DNA from: Gaiellaceae bacterium
GTDB taxonomy: Bacteria; Actinomycetota; Thermoleophilia; Gaiellales; Gaiellaceae
Assembly (NCBI GenBank): GCA_036260475.1
Contig: DATAMX010000060.1
Location: 2,010 to 66,009 of the forward strand
Direction: 5' to 3'
Length of the DNA stretch: 64,000 nucleotides
Shown here: piece by piece, positions 62,718 through 64,000 of the stretch
Numbering within the stretch: position 1 is the first letter of the stretch
Layout of the letters: each line of letters starts with the position of its first letter
Made by a program: the position numbers and the translations under genes
The notes under the pieces: generated by a model
What the model saw: only the letters and a program-made list of their open reading frames with translations
What the model was told of the DNA's origin: nothing
Database searches by the model: none

Positions 62718-63991
62718 ACGCGCACGCGCATCGCGTCGTCGTCGTCGGCGGCGGCTTCGGCGGCCTGCAGGCTGCGCTTGCGCTCCGGCATGCGCCGGTC
62801 GAGGTGACGCTCGTCGACCGCCGCAACTTCCATCTCTTCCAACCCCTCACGTACCAGGTGGCGACCGGCGCGCTGTCACCCGGCGAGATCGCGTATCCGC
62901 TGCGGGCGATCTTCACGCGCGACCGCAACGTGCGCGTCCTGATGGCCGAGGTCGCCGACTTCGATCTCGACGCCCGCGAGCTGCACCTGCGCTCGGTCGG
63001 CGACGTGCCCGCTCCTTCGACGCTCGCGTACGACACGCTCATCGTCGCCGGCGGGTCTCGCTACTCGTACTTCGGCCATGACGAGTGGCGGGAGCACGCG
63101 GCCGAGGTGAAGTCGCTCGAGAGCGCGCTCGTCGTGCGCAGCCGGATTCTCAACGCATTCGAGGCGGCCGAAGAGGAGCCGGACGCGGACCGCCGCGCCG
63201 CCTGGCTGACCTTCGTCGTCGTCGGCGCGGGCCCGACGGGGGTGGAGATGGCCGGCCAGATCGGCGAGCTCGCACGCGACACGCTGCGGAACGACTTCCG
63301 AGCGATCGACCCGCGCACCGCCCGGATCCTGCTCGTCGAGGTCGCCGATCGCGTGCTGACGACATTCCCGCCGTCGCTGTCGGCGAAGGCGCAGCGGTCG
63401 CTGGAGAAGCTCGGCGTCACCGTGCTCACCGGGCGCACGGTCACCGGCATCGATCCCCAGGGTGTGACGATCGACGACGAGCGCGTCGCCTCGCACACGG
63501 TCGTATGGGCAGCCGGCGTGACCGCGTCGAGCCTCGCCGGGCGGCTCGGCGAGCTCACGAACGCCGAGCGCGATCGCGCCGGCCGCGTCACCGTCGAGCC
63601 GGACCTGACGCTCCCCGGGCATCCGGAGGTGTTCGCGCTCGGCGATATGGTGCGGCTGCACGACGCAGTCCTTCCGGGGGTCGCACCGGTTGCGATGCAG
63701 CAGGGCCGTTACGCCGCGCGCGTCGTGCGCGACCGCCTACGCGGTAAGCCCAGCCCGCCGTTCCGCTACCGCGACAAGGGCAATCTCGCCACGATCGGCC
63801 GCGCAGCGGCAGTCGCGGACATCAAAGGTCTGCATCTGAGCGGCTTCCTCGCCTGGATCACGTGGCTCGTCGTCCACCTCTGGTACCTCGTCGGCTTCCA
63901 GAACCGCGTGCTCGTCTTCATCCGCTGGTCGGTCAGCTTCGCGACGCACGGGCGCGGCGCGCGGCTCATCACCCACACGACGAGCTCCTAG
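62714..63991 (+). CDS. ndh: Type II NADH dehydrogenase (NDH-2; FAD/NAD pyridine nucleotide-disulfide oxidoreductase); start codon unresolved
   Basis: HRVVVVGGGFGGL...RNFHLFQPLTYQVATG...VVGAGPTGVEMAG...GD. GC3 switches from about 47% to over 90% exactly at 62714. The only in-frame ATG/GTG/TTG codons upstream are at 62612 and 62534, deep inside the DUF2630 gene. The codon at 62714 is GTA. Confidence 0.8.
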   Translation, partial: VNAHAHRVVVVGGGFGGLQAALALRHAPVEVTLVDRRNFHLFQPLTYQVATGALSPGEIAYPLRAIFTRDRNVRVLMAEVADFDLDARELHLRSVGDVPAPSTLAYDTLIVAGGSRYSYFGHDEWREHAAEVKSLESALVVRSRILNAFEAAEEEPDADRRAAWLTFVVVGAGPTGVEMAGQIGELARDTLRNDFRAIDPRTARILLVEVADRVLTTFPPSLSAKAQRSLEKLGVTVLTGRTVTGIDPQGVTIDDERVASHTVVWAAGVTASSLAGRLGELTNAERDRAGRVTVEPDLTLPGHPEVFALGDMVRLHDAVLPGVAPVAMQQGRYAARVVRDRLRGKPSPPFRYRDKGNLATIGRAAAVADIKGLHLSGFLAWITWLVVHLWYLVGFQNRVLVFIRWSVSFATHGRGARLITHTTSS

Positions 63992-64000
63992 CTTCAGCTC

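Noticed and set aside
1-64000. CRISPR arrays, rRNA genes, an integrase-bounded genomic island, a prophage, or known defence or toxin-antitoxin systems.
   Set aside because: There are no short direct-repeat/spacer arrays, rRNA-like stretches, integrase, recombinase, nuclease or helicase signatures, or phage structural genes. The only mobile-element trace is a transposase fragment.

Overview
The window is about 70-72% GC and densely coding, with very high third-codon-position GC in the real frames and many long spurious antisense ORFs. This looks like an Actinomycetota chromosome, possibly Thermoleophilia or Solirubrobacterales-like, but that taxonomic guess is inference only. I support about 80 coding regions. 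No rRNA, intact tRNA, CRISPR array, intact mobile element or recognisable phage-defence system is visible. The content is regulatory and envelope-related. There are four two-component systems plus one decayed response regulator, three ECF-type sigma factors (one is a textbook ECF41 locus, another has an RsrA-like anti-sigma) and MarR, ArsR and LuxR regulators. Transport genes include two MFS transporters, an MMPL plus ABC-2 export cluster and a MacB-type ABC system. Several secreted proteins carry repeats or BNR (Asp-box) motifs. A respiratory and stress block holds two USPs, cydAB, ndh and glpK. The most system-like and least characterised unit is a six-gene, fully translationally coupled envelope operon at 16161->10986 on the minus strand. 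It encodes a DD-carboxypeptidase, two paralogous Cys-motif lipoproteins, a peptidoglycan-binding adaptor and a MacB-type ABC exporter, and it faces an OmpR/histidine-kinase pair. Other notable points are a type II NADH dehydrogenase (NDH-2) gene with no canonical start codon (GTAA where this window usually has GTGA overlaps), five decayed genes, a tRNA-like 3' relic, and two small paralogous helical proteins next to a sigma factor and a zf-UBP/DUF5996 pair. Gene ends come from the supplied ORF track. Many starts were moved inward using RBS, overlap and signal-peptide logic and remain uncertain by a few codons. All family assignments come from motif recognition by eye, not from database searches.
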